Below are positions 48,248-57,384 of a DNA stretch of 64,000 nucleotides, piece by piece; within the stretch, counting starts at the first letter, position 1; each line of letters starts with the position of its first letter. Position numbers and translations under genes: made by a program. This stretch comes from an uncultured Pelagibacteraceae bacterium (GTDB lineage: Bacteria; Pseudomonadota; Alphaproteobacteria; Pelagibacterales; Pelagibacteraceae). The DNA lies in contig CACFLJ010000007.1 in assembly GCA_902567045.1 (NCBI GenBank), forward strand, positions 512 to 64,511, given 5' to 3'. Below the pieces are notes generated by a model. It was not told the origin of the DNA. It saw only the letters and a list, made by a program, of their open reading frames with translations, and ran no database searches.

Positions 48248-50365
48248 ATGTCATCCGAAGTCTCAAGTATCCAAGGTAAACCAATTTCATCTAAGAATAT
48301 AATTACATATTCTTTAATTCTATTAACTTTTTTAGTTGCTTTATGGTTATCCTTTCAAAGTGAGGGTCCTTCAAAAATGCCGAAAGTTGTAACTGATCAA
48401 TTTACATTTACAGCATGGGTTAATGAAGGCGAAGATTACTTAAAGAAAAATTATAGATGGATTACGAAAATAATAGCTAGTTATATTAAAAATATTTATT
48501 ATTTTGTTGAAGACTTTCTTCTCGATTCTCCATGGCTTTTAATTGCAGCATTAATATTTTTACCTTGTTTAATTGCAGGTGGCCTAAGATTGGGTCTGTA
48601 TTCTTTATTCGTAATTTATTTTTGGGGTGCAACTGGTATGTGGGAACCATCTCTTCAAACCGTAGCATTGATGGGTTTATCTGTACTAATGTGTGTAGTT
48701 GTGGGTGTAACCTTAGGCGTTATGTGCTCTCAAAGTGATCGATTTGAAAATTTTATGAAACCTATTTTAGATACAATGCAAGTGATGCCGGCTTTTGTTT
48801 ATCTTTTTCCCGCTTTATTCTTTTTTGGTATTGGAGGAGCGCCTGCAATATTAGCTACTATGATTTATTCCATGCCCCCAATAATTAGACTGACAAATAC
48901 AGGAATTAGACAAGTTTCGGCGGAGACAATAGAGTCTGCAACGTCATTTGGCTCAAGTAAATTACAACTTTTGTTTAAAATTAAAATTCCACTTTCTTTA
49001 CCAAGTATAATGATGGGTATTAACCAAGTTATAATGATGGCTTTAGCACTTGTGGTTCTTGCATGTTTTATCGGAGCTGAAGGAATTGGTGGTCAAGTGT
49101 GGCAAGCAATTCGAAGACTTGATGTCGGATGGGCAATGGAAGGAGGACTTTGTATTCTTTTTATGGCAATAATGTTTGACAGATTTAGTATGTCTTTCAG
49201 TAAAACAGAGCAGTCTCTACCTTCTAATGTTCAAAGATTTTATTTACTCCCTCAATCTTGGGAAAAATATTTAATTGCAAGACTTATAGAAAAACCTTTA
49301 GAATTTTTAAGTGGATTAACAAATTTTGTCTGTATTAATTTAACGAGATCAATTGCTTATGTATTTGAATTTTGTATTTCATTATCAAATAAAAATACTG
49401 CAAGAGAAATAGGTGAAGCTATAACAAGAAGATATTATATCATACCTTCGTTTATACTTATTCTGGCAATTTCTTTCATTGACTCTTACATGATTAGTAT
49501 AGGATCTTTTCCTGAAGAATGGAGATTGTCAATTAGACAACCAATTTCTAGCGCTGTAGATTCTTTAACAGTAAATCCTGGCTTTATAGCATTTACTAAA
49601 GCTCTAAGAGGATTTGTTTATCTTAAGCTTTTACGCCCACTTGATATTTTCTTAACTCATGTGCCATGGTGGTACACACTAGGTGTATTTTCTGCGATTG
49701 GATATTTCACTGTTGGTATAAGATTTGCAATTATCACTGCTTTGTTATTACTATTTATCGGTGCTTGCGGGATATGGCCTCAATCAATGATAACACTATC
49801 ATCTGTTTTAGTGTCTGTAGCTTTATGTTTTATCATTGGAGTTCCTCTCGGAATAATTGCTTCTTACAATGAAAGATTTAGAAATATTCAAAATGTGGTT
49901 TTAGATGCTATGCAAACATTGCCTTACTTCTGTTATTTAATTCCTGTGTTAATGTTTTTTGGAGGAGGTGTTGTTTCAGCTATATTAGCAACAGTTATAT
50001 ACTCCATACCACCTATTATTAGATTAACTTCTTTAGGCTTAACTCAAGTATCTGGAACCTACTCAGAGGTTTCACGTTCATTTGGTGGTACTTTATTGCA
50101 AACTTTAAACAAAATTAAATTCCCATTAGCGGTACCAAGTTTAGTGATTGGATTTAATCAAACAGTAATTATGGCTTTCGCTATGCAAATTGTTACACCA
50201 TTGATTGGTGGAAAGGGACTAGGTTTAGAAGTATTTAACGGATTGGCTAGATCAGATACAGGCAGAGGTTTGGCCGCAGGCATAGGAATTGTATTATTAG
50301 CAATAATTATAGACAGAATTTCACTTGCATGGACTAAAAAACAGAGAGAAGCTCTAGGTTTATAA
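48248..50365 (+). CDS. ProW-like ABC permease with two fused permease domains
   Basis: Duplicated motifs LDTMQVMPAFVYL / LDAMQTLPYFCYL, PPIIRLT twice, GINQ / GFNQ, DR twice. Confidence 0.9.
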   Translation: MSSEVSSIQGKPISSKNIITYSLILLTFLVALWLSFQSEGPSKMPKVVTDQFTFTAWVNEGEDYLKKNYRWITKIIASYIKNIYYFVEDFLLDSPWLLIAALIFLPCLIAGGLRLGLYSLFVIYFWGATGMWEPSLQTVALMGLSVLMCVVVGVTLGVMCSQSDRFENFMKPILDTMQVMPAFVYLFPALFFFGIGGAPAILATMIYSMPPIIRLTNTGIRQVSAETIESATSFGSSKLQLLFKIKIPLSLPSIMMGINQVIMMALALVVLACFIGAEGIGGQVWQAIRRLDVGWAMEGGLCILFMAIMFDRFSMSFSKTEQSLPSNVQRFYLLPQSWEKYLIARLIEKPLEFLSGLTNFVCINLTRSIAYVFEFCISLSNKNTAREIGEAITRRYYIIPSFILILAISFIDSYMISIGSFPEEWRLSIRQPISSAVDSLTVNPGFIAFTKALRGFVYLKLLRPLDIFLTHVPWWYTLGVFSAIGYFTVGIRFAIITALLLLFIGACGIWPQSMITLSSVLVSVALCFIIGVPLGIIASYNERFRNIQNVVLDAMQTLPYFCYLIPVLMFFGGGVVSAILATVIYSIPPIIRLTSLGLTQVSGTYSEVSRSFGGTLLQTLNKIKFPLAVPSLVIGFNQTVIMAFAMQIVTPLIGGKGLGLEVFNGLARSDTGRGLAAGIGIVLLAIIIDRISLAWTKKQREALGL

Positions 50366-50454
50366 GTCAAGTAAAAGCATCATTATTCACAGTTTACAAA
50401 CTGGTATTTTTTGTTTTAAAATAAGTCTTTAATTAATTAAAAGAGAGGAAATAA

Positions 50455-51465
50455 ATGAGGTTATCAAAAACAATATCAGCTCTATTTTTATCTTTCGTAA
50501 TTTTATTTGCTAGTCTTACTCAGGCAAATGCAAAAAGATTACATGCTGCTATTGCTGACTGGACAGGTGGAATTATTACCTGTGAAGTTGCAGTAGGAAT
50601 TCTTGAAAGAGAAATGGGCTATAAAATTAAACAAACAGTATTCCCTTCAGGAACAGGATTATGGGAAGCAATTGCTGCTGGTGAACTTGATTTTGCTTGT
50701 GAAAGCTGGCCAAGTTATGCAGAAGCAGATGACGTTATGTTTAATGAAGATTTAATTTATGATGGTAAAGTTGTAAAATCATATAAGGGTGATGGAACAG
50801 TTGATCTTTTAGGCACAACTGGAATTATCGGTATGTCTGATTACTGGATCCCAAGATATGCAGCTGAAAAATTTGGAATTAAATCTTGGAGAGATTTAAA
50901 CAAACATAAAAAAGAGTTTGCTACTATTGAAACAGGCGGCAAAGGAAGATTAATTGGATGTCCTGTAGCTGGTTGGAACTGTCATGACCAAAAAAGATTA
51001 GATCTTTTAGGAATTGACTTTCAAGCAGATGAGCTAGGAACAGAGGCTGCTGCTGTTGCAGAAGCTAAAGCTGCTTACATGAGAAAAGAGCCATTCTTAT
51101 TATACCTATGGTCACCACACTGGTTCTTTGGTGAGTTTGATATGGTAGGAGTAGGTCTTCCTGACTACAAAACTTGTGCAGGAGATACATTTACTGAAGC
51201 AAATAACTGGAAGACTTGTGGTACAGACGGATGGCCAGCAACTGGTTGGGATAAAGATTACACTATGAACTACGGAAATCCTGATACATTTGCAAAACCA
51301 GAACATGCTAAAGCAAAAGCTTTTTTTGAAAGAATGAAGTTAGACAACTTAGACCAAGCTAAGATGCTTGTTGAAGTTGATATCAAAAAAAGAGATGTAA
51401 AAGAAGTTGTAAATGAGTGGTTAGACAACAATCCAGATAAATGGAAAAGTTGGTTACCTAACTAA
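50455..51465 (+). CDS. ProX/OpuAC-like quaternary-amine solute-binding protein
   Basis: Signal peptide, GKGRLIGCP..GW.C, YLWSPHW, C-terminal WL..N...W..W; SD GAGG. Confidence 0.87.
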   Translation: MRLSKTISALFLSFVILFASLTQANAKRLHAAIADWTGGIITCEVAVGILEREMGYKIKQTVFPSGTGLWEAIAAGELDFACESWPSYAEADDVMFNEDLIYDGKVVKSYKGDGTVDLLGTTGIIGMSDYWIPRYAAEKFGIKSWRDLNKHKKEFATIETGGKGRLIGCPVAGWNCHDQKRLDLLGIDFQADELGTEAAAVAEAKAAYMRKEPFLLYLWSPHWFFGEFDMVGVGLPDYKTCAGDTFTEANNWKTCGTDGWPATGWDKDYTMNYGNPDTFAKPEHAKAKAFFERMKLDNLDQAKMLVEVDIKKRDVKEVVNEWLDNNPDKWKSWLPN

Positions 51466-51490
51466 AAATTAAACTTTAAAAAATAATTAA

Positions 51491-51521
51491 GGGCTTTGTG
51501 AAAACAGAGCCCTTTTTTTTT
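51491..51521 (+). terminator. Rho-independent terminator after the ProX-like gene
   Basis: GGGCTTTGT-GAAA-ACAGAGCCC stem (one G-U pair) followed by a long T-run. Confidence 0.88.
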
Positions 51522-51606
51522 ACATGCATATAATTCATAGAGGAATTGTTAATAAGAATTAAAAAGAAAACTGTCTAAAATCTTTTTAGAGCATCCTTAA
51601 AAAAAT

Positions 51607-52740
51607 TTAAAATTTATATTGTTTTAGATATTCTAATCTGCCAATTATCTCATCTCTATCTAAATAATAGCCTTGAAGATGACGATGACCTGAATTTGGA
51701 TCAAAAGCTGTTCTGCCATGCAAAACACGTCTATTATTAAAAGAAAATATGTCTCCTGGTCCTAGTCGGAATTTAATTTGAAATTTGTCATCATGTAAAA
51801 GATTGCCAAATCTGTGATGAGCTTTATAAACTTGGTGCATTTTGTCAGGATGACAGTCTAGAGCATCCATTGTTGCTACACTAAACCTAATATCATGAAA
51901 ATCTTTATCTTTTGTTAAACTAATTGCTGGGGCGTGAAAGCTTCGGTGAGATTCTTGAGTATAATCTTTATCTCTAAACTTTAGTGGCACAGAGATTAAT
52001 GTTTCAAAAATTTCTTTTTCATTTTTCCTCAAATAATCAGCAACAGCAAAGCCATCTATTGCAGAGGAGTCTCCACCCTTTGCATCATTTACCAAACAGT
52101 GTAAAAACTGATAACCGGGTGGTAATTCAAACCAAGGTAAATCCATGTGGTTTCTTAATGCATGAGCTGTGTAAGCGGAATTATTTGGTTTTGGAATATT
52201 GATTACTTCAAAGGGGGTTTTAAAAAAGGTTTCCCTTACATGACTTATTCTATGAAGAATTTCAAAACCTGATTTTTTTTCTGTTGGTGAATTTTTAACT
52301 ATTGCTATACCTTTGTGGTGCAATAGCTCTAACCATTTTATCAGTCCTTCATCAGAGTCTATCACTTCATCGTGCTCAATACATATAGATTCAAAATCTT
52401 TTTCTAAGTTATTATCCCAAAGTTGATATGGTGAAACATATTCTTGTTTATTTTTAATAGTATAACAATTATCTCTCAACCACTTAGGATCATAATAACT
52501 TGTGTGGTCACCCTCACTCCACTCTATTTCTAATTTGCCATCGCCATTTAAAGAATATTTTTTGGGATTTATTTCTTTTGATACCTCTAAGATGTTAAAC
52601 ATTCTATGTCTTGAATCTTTATCATGTGCTGTAGGACAATTGTCTCTTAACCACATGTAATTAAATTTACTTTCTTCACCATCATTCCAAGTAATTTGTA
52701 AATAAGTGCTGTTTTTTGCGATTTTAGAAATCGAATTCAT
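51607..52740 (-). CDS. Gamma-butyrobetaine dioxygenase-like Fe/2OG enzyme
   Basis: N-terminal DUF971 WLRDNC, AYT...L..HMD (HxD), FLHCL, FNNRRVLHGR, RHLQGYY. Confidence 0.85.
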   Translation of the reverse strand: MNSISKIAKNSTYLQITWNDGEESKFNYMWLRDNCPTAHDKDSRHRMFNILEVSKEINPKKYSLNGDGKLEIEWSEGDHTSYYDPKWLRDNCYTIKNKQEYVSPYQLWDNNLEKDFESICIEHDEVIDSDEGLIKWLELLHHKGIAIVKNSPTEKKSGFEILHRISHVRETFFKTPFEVINIPKPNNSAYTAHALRNHMDLPWFELPPGYQFLHCLVNDAKGGDSSAIDGFAVADYLRKNEKEIFETLISVPLKFRDKDYTQESHRSFHAPAISLTKDKDFHDIRFSVATMDALDCHPDKMHQVYKAHHRFGNLLHDDKFQIKFRLGPGDIFSFNNRRVLHGRTAFDPNSGHRHLQGYYLDRDEIIGRLEYLKQYKF

Positions 52741-52854
52741 GATAAATTATTATATAAAACCAAAAAAATTTCAATTCAATTAATAGTTGAATCAAATAAA
52801 GTTATTTTATTGTTGATTTGCTTTGATGTACTAAAAGAACTAAACTTGAAATAA

Positions 52855-53880
52855 ATGTCTAAAATCGAAATCAATAACGTATACAAAATTTTTGGACCAA
52901 AACCTGATAGCGTTCTTAAAATGGTGCAAGAAGGAGCTACAAAAGAAGATGTTCTAGAAAAAACTGGACATACAGTTGGATTAGATAATGTATCCTTAAA
53001 AATTGAAGAAGGAGAAACATTTGTTTGCATGGGTTTGTCTGGATCAGGAAAATCAACACTAATTAGACATTTAAATAGATTAATAGACCCAACCTCTGGA
53101 GAAATTTTAGTAGAAGGCAAAGATGTTACCACTCTAAACAAAGAACAATTAATTGAATTTAGACGACAGAAAATGAGTATGGTATTTCAACGATTTGGAC
53201 TATTCCCACACAAAACAGTTTTACAAAATGTTGGGTATGGACTCGAGATGCAAGGTATGGAGATTGAAAAAAGAAATTCTGTTGCAATGGAAAAAATTGA
53301 GTCTGTCGGATTGACTGGATTTGAAAATCAATATCCTGCACAACTTTCTGGAGGTATGCAACAGCGAGTAGGTCTTGCAAGAGCTCTAGCTACTGACACA
53401 GATATTATGTTAATGGATGAAGCTTTTTCTGCATTAGATCCTTTAATTAGAAGTGATATGCAAAAACAACTAATAGACCTCCAATCAGAATTAAAAAAAA
53501 CAATAGTATTTATTACTCATGATCTTGATGAGTCATTAAGGTTAGGAGATCATATTGGAATTTTGAATGCAGGAAAACTAGTTCAAGTTGGAACACCTGT
53601 AGAAATTATAATGAACCCTGCTGATGAATACGTTGAGGCATTTGTTAAAGACGTAAATAGAACTAAGGTTATTAAAGCAAAGATTATCATGAAACCAGTA
53701 AATCAATCAGATGATATTGACAAATCAAACTTGATAAAAGTAGAAGAAGATCAATTTATAGAGGAATTTTTACCTCAAGTTGTTTGTAGTAACTCTAATT
53801 GTGAAGTAGTTGATAAACAAGGAAATGCTAAAGGCTATATTTCTAATAAAGAATTGCAAGAATCACTTTCAAACTCATAA
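52855..53880 (+). CDS. ProV/OpuAA-like quaternary-amine ABC ATPase (copy 2)
   Basis: [36 protein letters not shown]. Confidence 0.92.
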   Translation: MSKIEINNVYKIFGPKPDSVLKMVQEGATKEDVLEKTGHTVGLDNVSLKIEEGETFVCMGLSGSGKSTLIRHLNRLIDPTSGEILVEGKDVTTLNKEQLIEFRRQKMSMVFQRFGLFPHKTVLQNVGYGLEMQGMEIEKRNSVAMEKIESVGLTGFENQYPAQLSGGMQQRVGLARALATDTDIMLMDEAFSALDPLIRSDMQKQLIDLQSELKKTIVFITHDLDESLRLGDHIGILNAGKLVQVGTPVEIIMNPADEYVEAFVKDVNRTKVIKAKIIMKPVNQSDDIDKSNLIKVEEDQFIEEFLPQVVCSNSNCEVVDKQGNAKGYISNKELQESLSNS

Positions 53881-53895
53881 TTAGATTAAATAGTT

Positions 53896-54747
53896 ATGAA
53901 AAAAAGTTTAAGTAACATCGTTGATTTAGTTAAATATCCAATTCATGATTTACAATCACCAAAGATCAAGAAAATAATTGAAAAATGTAAAACTGAATTA
54001 GATAGCGATAGCTGTTCGGTAATTCCTAATTTTATTTTACCAAATTCTTTAAATGTAATGAAAAAAGAATTAGAGCAACAGCTTAATGAAGTTTATATGT
54101 CTAAGGAAAGTATAAACGCATATCTTTATGCAAAAGACGATCCTGCTCTTCCCAAAGATCACCCAAAAAGAATATTTATGGATAGATTTAATGGATATTT
54201 AAATTCTGATTGTTTTGCAAAAAATTCGGAGATGAAATTTCTTTATGAAACTGAGGAATTATTAAAATTTGTATCTGCATGCTTAGGTATTGCACCTATA
54301 TATAGATGGGCTGATCCTTTAGCCTGTCATGCATATAATGTTATGGAACCTAATGGAATATTGCCTTGGCATTTTGATAGTTGTGAATTTACTTTGAGTT
54401 TAATGATTCAGAAACCTGAAAAAGGAGGAATATTTGAATATTGCCCTAACATAAGAGAACCAGGTAACGAAAAATTTGATGAGGTGAAGAAAGTACTTGA
54501 TGGAGATCGATCAAGAGTAAAAAGACTTGAGCTAGAACCTGGTGATTTACAAATATTTAAAGGTAGATTTACTATGCATAGAGTAACTAAAGTTATAGGA
54601 AAAACATCGCGATTTATGTGTATACCTGCCTATGTATTGGATCCATGGAGAGTAAACACACCTGAACACTCAAAAGCAATTTACGGAAAAGTATTGCCCA
54701 TACATTTAGAAAGAAATAAAGTTAGATCCGATGGATTAACAGATTAA
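53896..54747 (+). CDS. Fe/2OG oxygenase of BesD/HalD-like fold, hydroxylase type
   Basis: PWHFD (HxD), GGIFEY, GDLQIFKGRFTMHRVT (distal His), downstream R; layout resembles free-amino-acid halogenase/hydroxylase family. Confidence 0.65.
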   Translation: MKKSLSNIVDLVKYPIHDLQSPKIKKIIEKCKTELDSDSCSVIPNFILPNSLNVMKKELEQQLNEVYMSKESINAYLYAKDDPALPKDHPKRIFMDRFNGYLNSDCFAKNSEMKFLYETEELLKFVSACLGIAPIYRWADPLACHAYNVMEPNGILPWHFDSCEFTLSLMIQKPEKGGIFEYCPNIREPGNEKFDEVKKVLDGDRSRVKRLELEPGDLQIFKGRFTMHRVTKVIGKTSRFMCIPAYVLDPWRVNTPEHSKAIYGKVLPIHLERNKVRSDGLTD

Positions 54748-55532
54748 TGTCATACAATTTCAAAAACAAAAAAATTATTATATCAGCTGGAGCATCAGGT
54801 ATTGGATGGGCAACGGCAAAAGAGTGTCTTGAAAAAGGTGCAAGGGTATTCGTTTGTGACGTTGATAAAAAATCTATAAATAAATTAAAAAAAAATCCTT
54901 TAAATAATAAAAGATTGTTTTCTTTTCATTGCGATGCCTCAAATGAAAACGATGTTATAGACTTCTTTAAAGAAATTAAAAAAAAAACACAAAAGATTGA
55001 TGCACTAATTAATAATGTTGGGGTTGCAGGCCCAACAGGAACTATGGACAAACTTAAAACAAAAGATTGGGAACAAACTTTAAAGATAAATGTAATTAGT
55101 CATTTTATTTTTTCAAAATTAGCAATCCCGATGTTAAAAAAAAATAAAGGTGGCTCAATAGTTAATTTATCCTCTACAGCAGGTATATTTGGATTTCCAT
55201 TAAGGTCTCCTTACTCAGCAAGTAAATGGGCGGTAGTTGGAATGACAAAAACTTTAGCAATGGAATTAGGAAAGTTTAAAATTAGAGTAAACGCAATTTG
55301 TCCAGGAACTGTAAAAGGAGATAGAATGGGAAGAGTTATTAGAGACAAAGCTAAATTTTTAAAAATTTCAAAAAAAGCAGTGGAGAGTGAATTTGTTTCT
55401 ATGACTTCTCTTAATACCTGGGTTTACGAAAAAGATATTGGTAAAATGTGTTGCTATTTAATTTCTGACGAGTCTTCTAGAATTTCTGGTCAAGTAGTTG
55501 GTGTTGATGGGAACACTTTAAGAATGCATTAG
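54747..55532 (+). CDS. Short-chain dehydrogenase/reductase
   Basis: AGASGIG, NNVG, S, YSASK, NAICPG. Confidence 0.92.
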   Translation: MSYNFKNKKIIISAGASGIGWATAKECLEKGARVFVCDVDKKSINKLKKNPLNNKRLFSFHCDASNENDVIDFFKEIKKKTQKIDALINNVGVAGPTGTMDKLKTKDWEQTLKINVISHFIFSKLAIPMLKKNKGGSIVNLSSTAGIFGFPLRSPYSASKWAVVGMTKTLAMELGKFKIRVNAICPGTVKGDRMGRVIRDKAKFLKISKKAVESEFVSMTSLNTWVYEKDIGKMCCYLISDESSRISGQVVGVDGNTLRMH

Positions 55533-55536
55533 AGCT

Positions 55537-56307
55537 TTAGATATTTTCAATAAATTCTATTAAGTTATTTGCTATTTGCTCAGGAGCCTCTATCAAAAAA
55601 GAGTGTTTAACATCTGGTATAATCACTAATTTAGAATCTTTTATCTCATTTGACATTTTTTTGTTATGGAAAGGAGTGCATCCACCATCATTTTCTCCTG
55701 TCATAAATAGACAGGGTTTCTTTATATCTTTTAACCAAGAAATCATCTCAGTTTCTGCATAAATTTTAAAAACATTAATAAACACATCTTTATCAGTATC
55801 TATTACCTGTTTTAATCGTCTAGATACTAGATCTGGATTTCTTTCTATAAACTTATCTGTGAACCATCTGTTAGTCAGATTTTTTAATGTTTGTTCAACT
55901 CCCTTATTTTTTAGATCTGAAATGACACTCCATACTTTTTGTTTATCTTCATCAGATCTTCCTGCAACTGTTGATAATAAACCTACCGACAAAACTCTTT
56001 CAGGAAACTTTTTAGCATAAGCAGGAGCAATCATGCCCCCTAAAGAATGTCCCATAAAATGGGCTTTTTGGATGTTTGTCTTTTCTCTTACTCTTTCAAG
56101 ATCTAATACAAGATCATCTAAATTAAAATCTTTATTATCTACAGGTGATTTTCCGTGACCTCTTAAATCATATGTCACAACTGTAAACATGCTTTTAAGT
56201 TTTGGAGTAATAAATCTCCATGCATCTTCAGCACCTCCAACTCCATGAGTTAAAAATATTGCAGGCCCTGATCCTGTGACTGAGTAATTGCAATCTATGA
56301 TGCTCAT
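55537..56307 (-). CDS. Alpha/beta hydrolase (PcaD/TgnD-like)
   Basis: HGVG, YDLRGHG, GHSLGG, GEND, KH triad, RWF. Confidence 0.9.
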   Translation of the reverse strand: MSIIDCNYSVTGSGPAIFLTHGVGGAEDAWRFITPKLKSMFTVVTYDLRGHGKSPVDNKDFNLDDLVLDLERVREKTNIQKAHFMGHSLGGMIAPAYAKKFPERVLSVGLLSTVAGRSDEDKQKVWSVISDLKNKGVEQTLKNLTNRWFTDKFIERNPDLVSRRLKQVIDTDKDVFINVFKIYAETEMISWLKDIKKPCLFMTGENDGGCTPFHNKKMSNEIKDSKLVIIPDVKHSFLIEAPEQIANNLIEFIENI

Positions 56308-56313
56308 AGATAT

Positions 56314-57348
56314 TTAAGCTACTTGTATATTAGATTTTTTGAAATATGGGATTACGTTTTCACCAATTCTATACATTGACTCTATTAGGTCTTCTTGTGA
56401 TTGTCCAAAACTTGAACTAAGAATTACCTCATCAACTCCTGCTTCAGCATAAACGCTAAGTTTATCGATCATTTCATTTAAAGGACAAATTAAAAGATTT
56501 TCTTTTAATTCTTCTAAAGTTTGTTTTCTTGGCAAAGCTTCAATATTTCCCTCTTTTACTTTTCCTGGTCCTGTAAACATATTATCAAATCTTTTATAAT
56601 ATTCGTAAGCAAGTTTTGTTTTTTCTTTAGCTTCATTTTCATCTTTTGCTAGATAAGCCATTCTTTGCATTGAAAGTTTGAGTAACTTGCCATTTTCACC
56701 TAACTGAGCGCAACCTTCTTTAAATGCATTAACTCTACTTAATAAAAGATCTTTTGTTCCTGATAATACTGTTGATTGAACGTGAAATCCTCTTGAAGCT
56801 GCATCTTTTATACTTTCTAAATTCATTGCGGCAACCATCATTGGTATTGGATTGCTTATGGGTCGAGGCATTATAGTTAATGGCTCGAAGTCATAGTATT
56901 TGCCTTTATACGAAACTTCTTTATTTTTTAATAACAATTGTAGAACCTCTAAAGATTCTACAAATTTTTCTTTTGATTGTTCTATTGGGGTACCTAGTCT
57001 TTTCATTTCCCATGGAAATGCTCCTCTTCCTACACCTAAGATTAATCTTCCATCAGTTAAAATATCGGCAGTAGCTACTTCACCAGCATATGTTCTCATA
57101 TCGTGTAGAGGCAAAACAACTATCCCTGTTGTTATTTTAATATTTTTTGTAACTGATGCAATCTTTACAGCCATCTGCAATGGTGATGGCATCATTAGTA
57201 AGTTAATTAAATGATGCTCTGGTATTGATACCGTTGCATAACCAAGTTTTTCAGCAGTTACACATTCCTCAAGCATATTTTTAAAATGCTGCCTTGAACC
57301 AATGCTTGTATCTGGCATGTAACTTGTTAAAAAATGATTAAAATCCAT
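56314..57348 (-). CDS. Luciferase-like flavin-dependent monooxygenase (LLM)
   Basis: EHH, PSPL, D.LTDGRL.LGVGRG. Confidence 0.9.
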   Translation of the reverse strand: MDFNHFLTSYMPDTSIGSRQHFKNMLEECVTAEKLGYATVSIPEHHLINLLMMPSPLQMAVKIASVTKNIKITTGIVVLPLHDMRTYAGEVATADILTDGRLILGVGRGAFPWEMKRLGTPIEQSKEKFVESLEVLQLLLKNKEVSYKGKYYDFEPLTIMPRPISNPIPMMVAAMNLESIKDAASRGFHVQSTVLSGTKDLLLSRVNAFKEGCAQLGENGKLLKLSMQRMAYLAKDENEAKEKTKLAYEYYKRFDNMFTGPGKVKEGNIEALPRKQTLEELKENLLICPLNEMIDKLSVYAEAGVDEVILSSSFGQSQEDLIESMYRIGENVIPYFKKSNIQVA

Positions 57349-57384
57349 ATAACTAAATTATCACTTTAAGTTTTCTTTAGATAT

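Noticed and set aside
50388-50445. Short palindromes upstream of the ProX-like gene and potD (e.g. TTTAATTAATTAAA; CGTTTAAACG at 32206-32215)
   Set aside because: Expected by chance in very AT-rich DNA; no cognate regulator seen.
50455-51465. TMAO-binding protein TmoX
   Set aside because: Lacks the HNWSSQ-type motif I recall for TmoX, and no tmm/tdm genes are nearby.
51607-52740. TmpA-type trimethylammonio-ethylphosphonate hydroxylase
   Set aside because: No TmpB-like HD-domain oxygenase in the window, and the carnitine dehydrogenase/BKACE context favours BBOX; not formally excluded.
53896-54747. Possible radical halogenase
   Set aside because: The metal motif is HxD (WHFD), not HxG/A, so there is no open halide site; treated as a hydroxylase.
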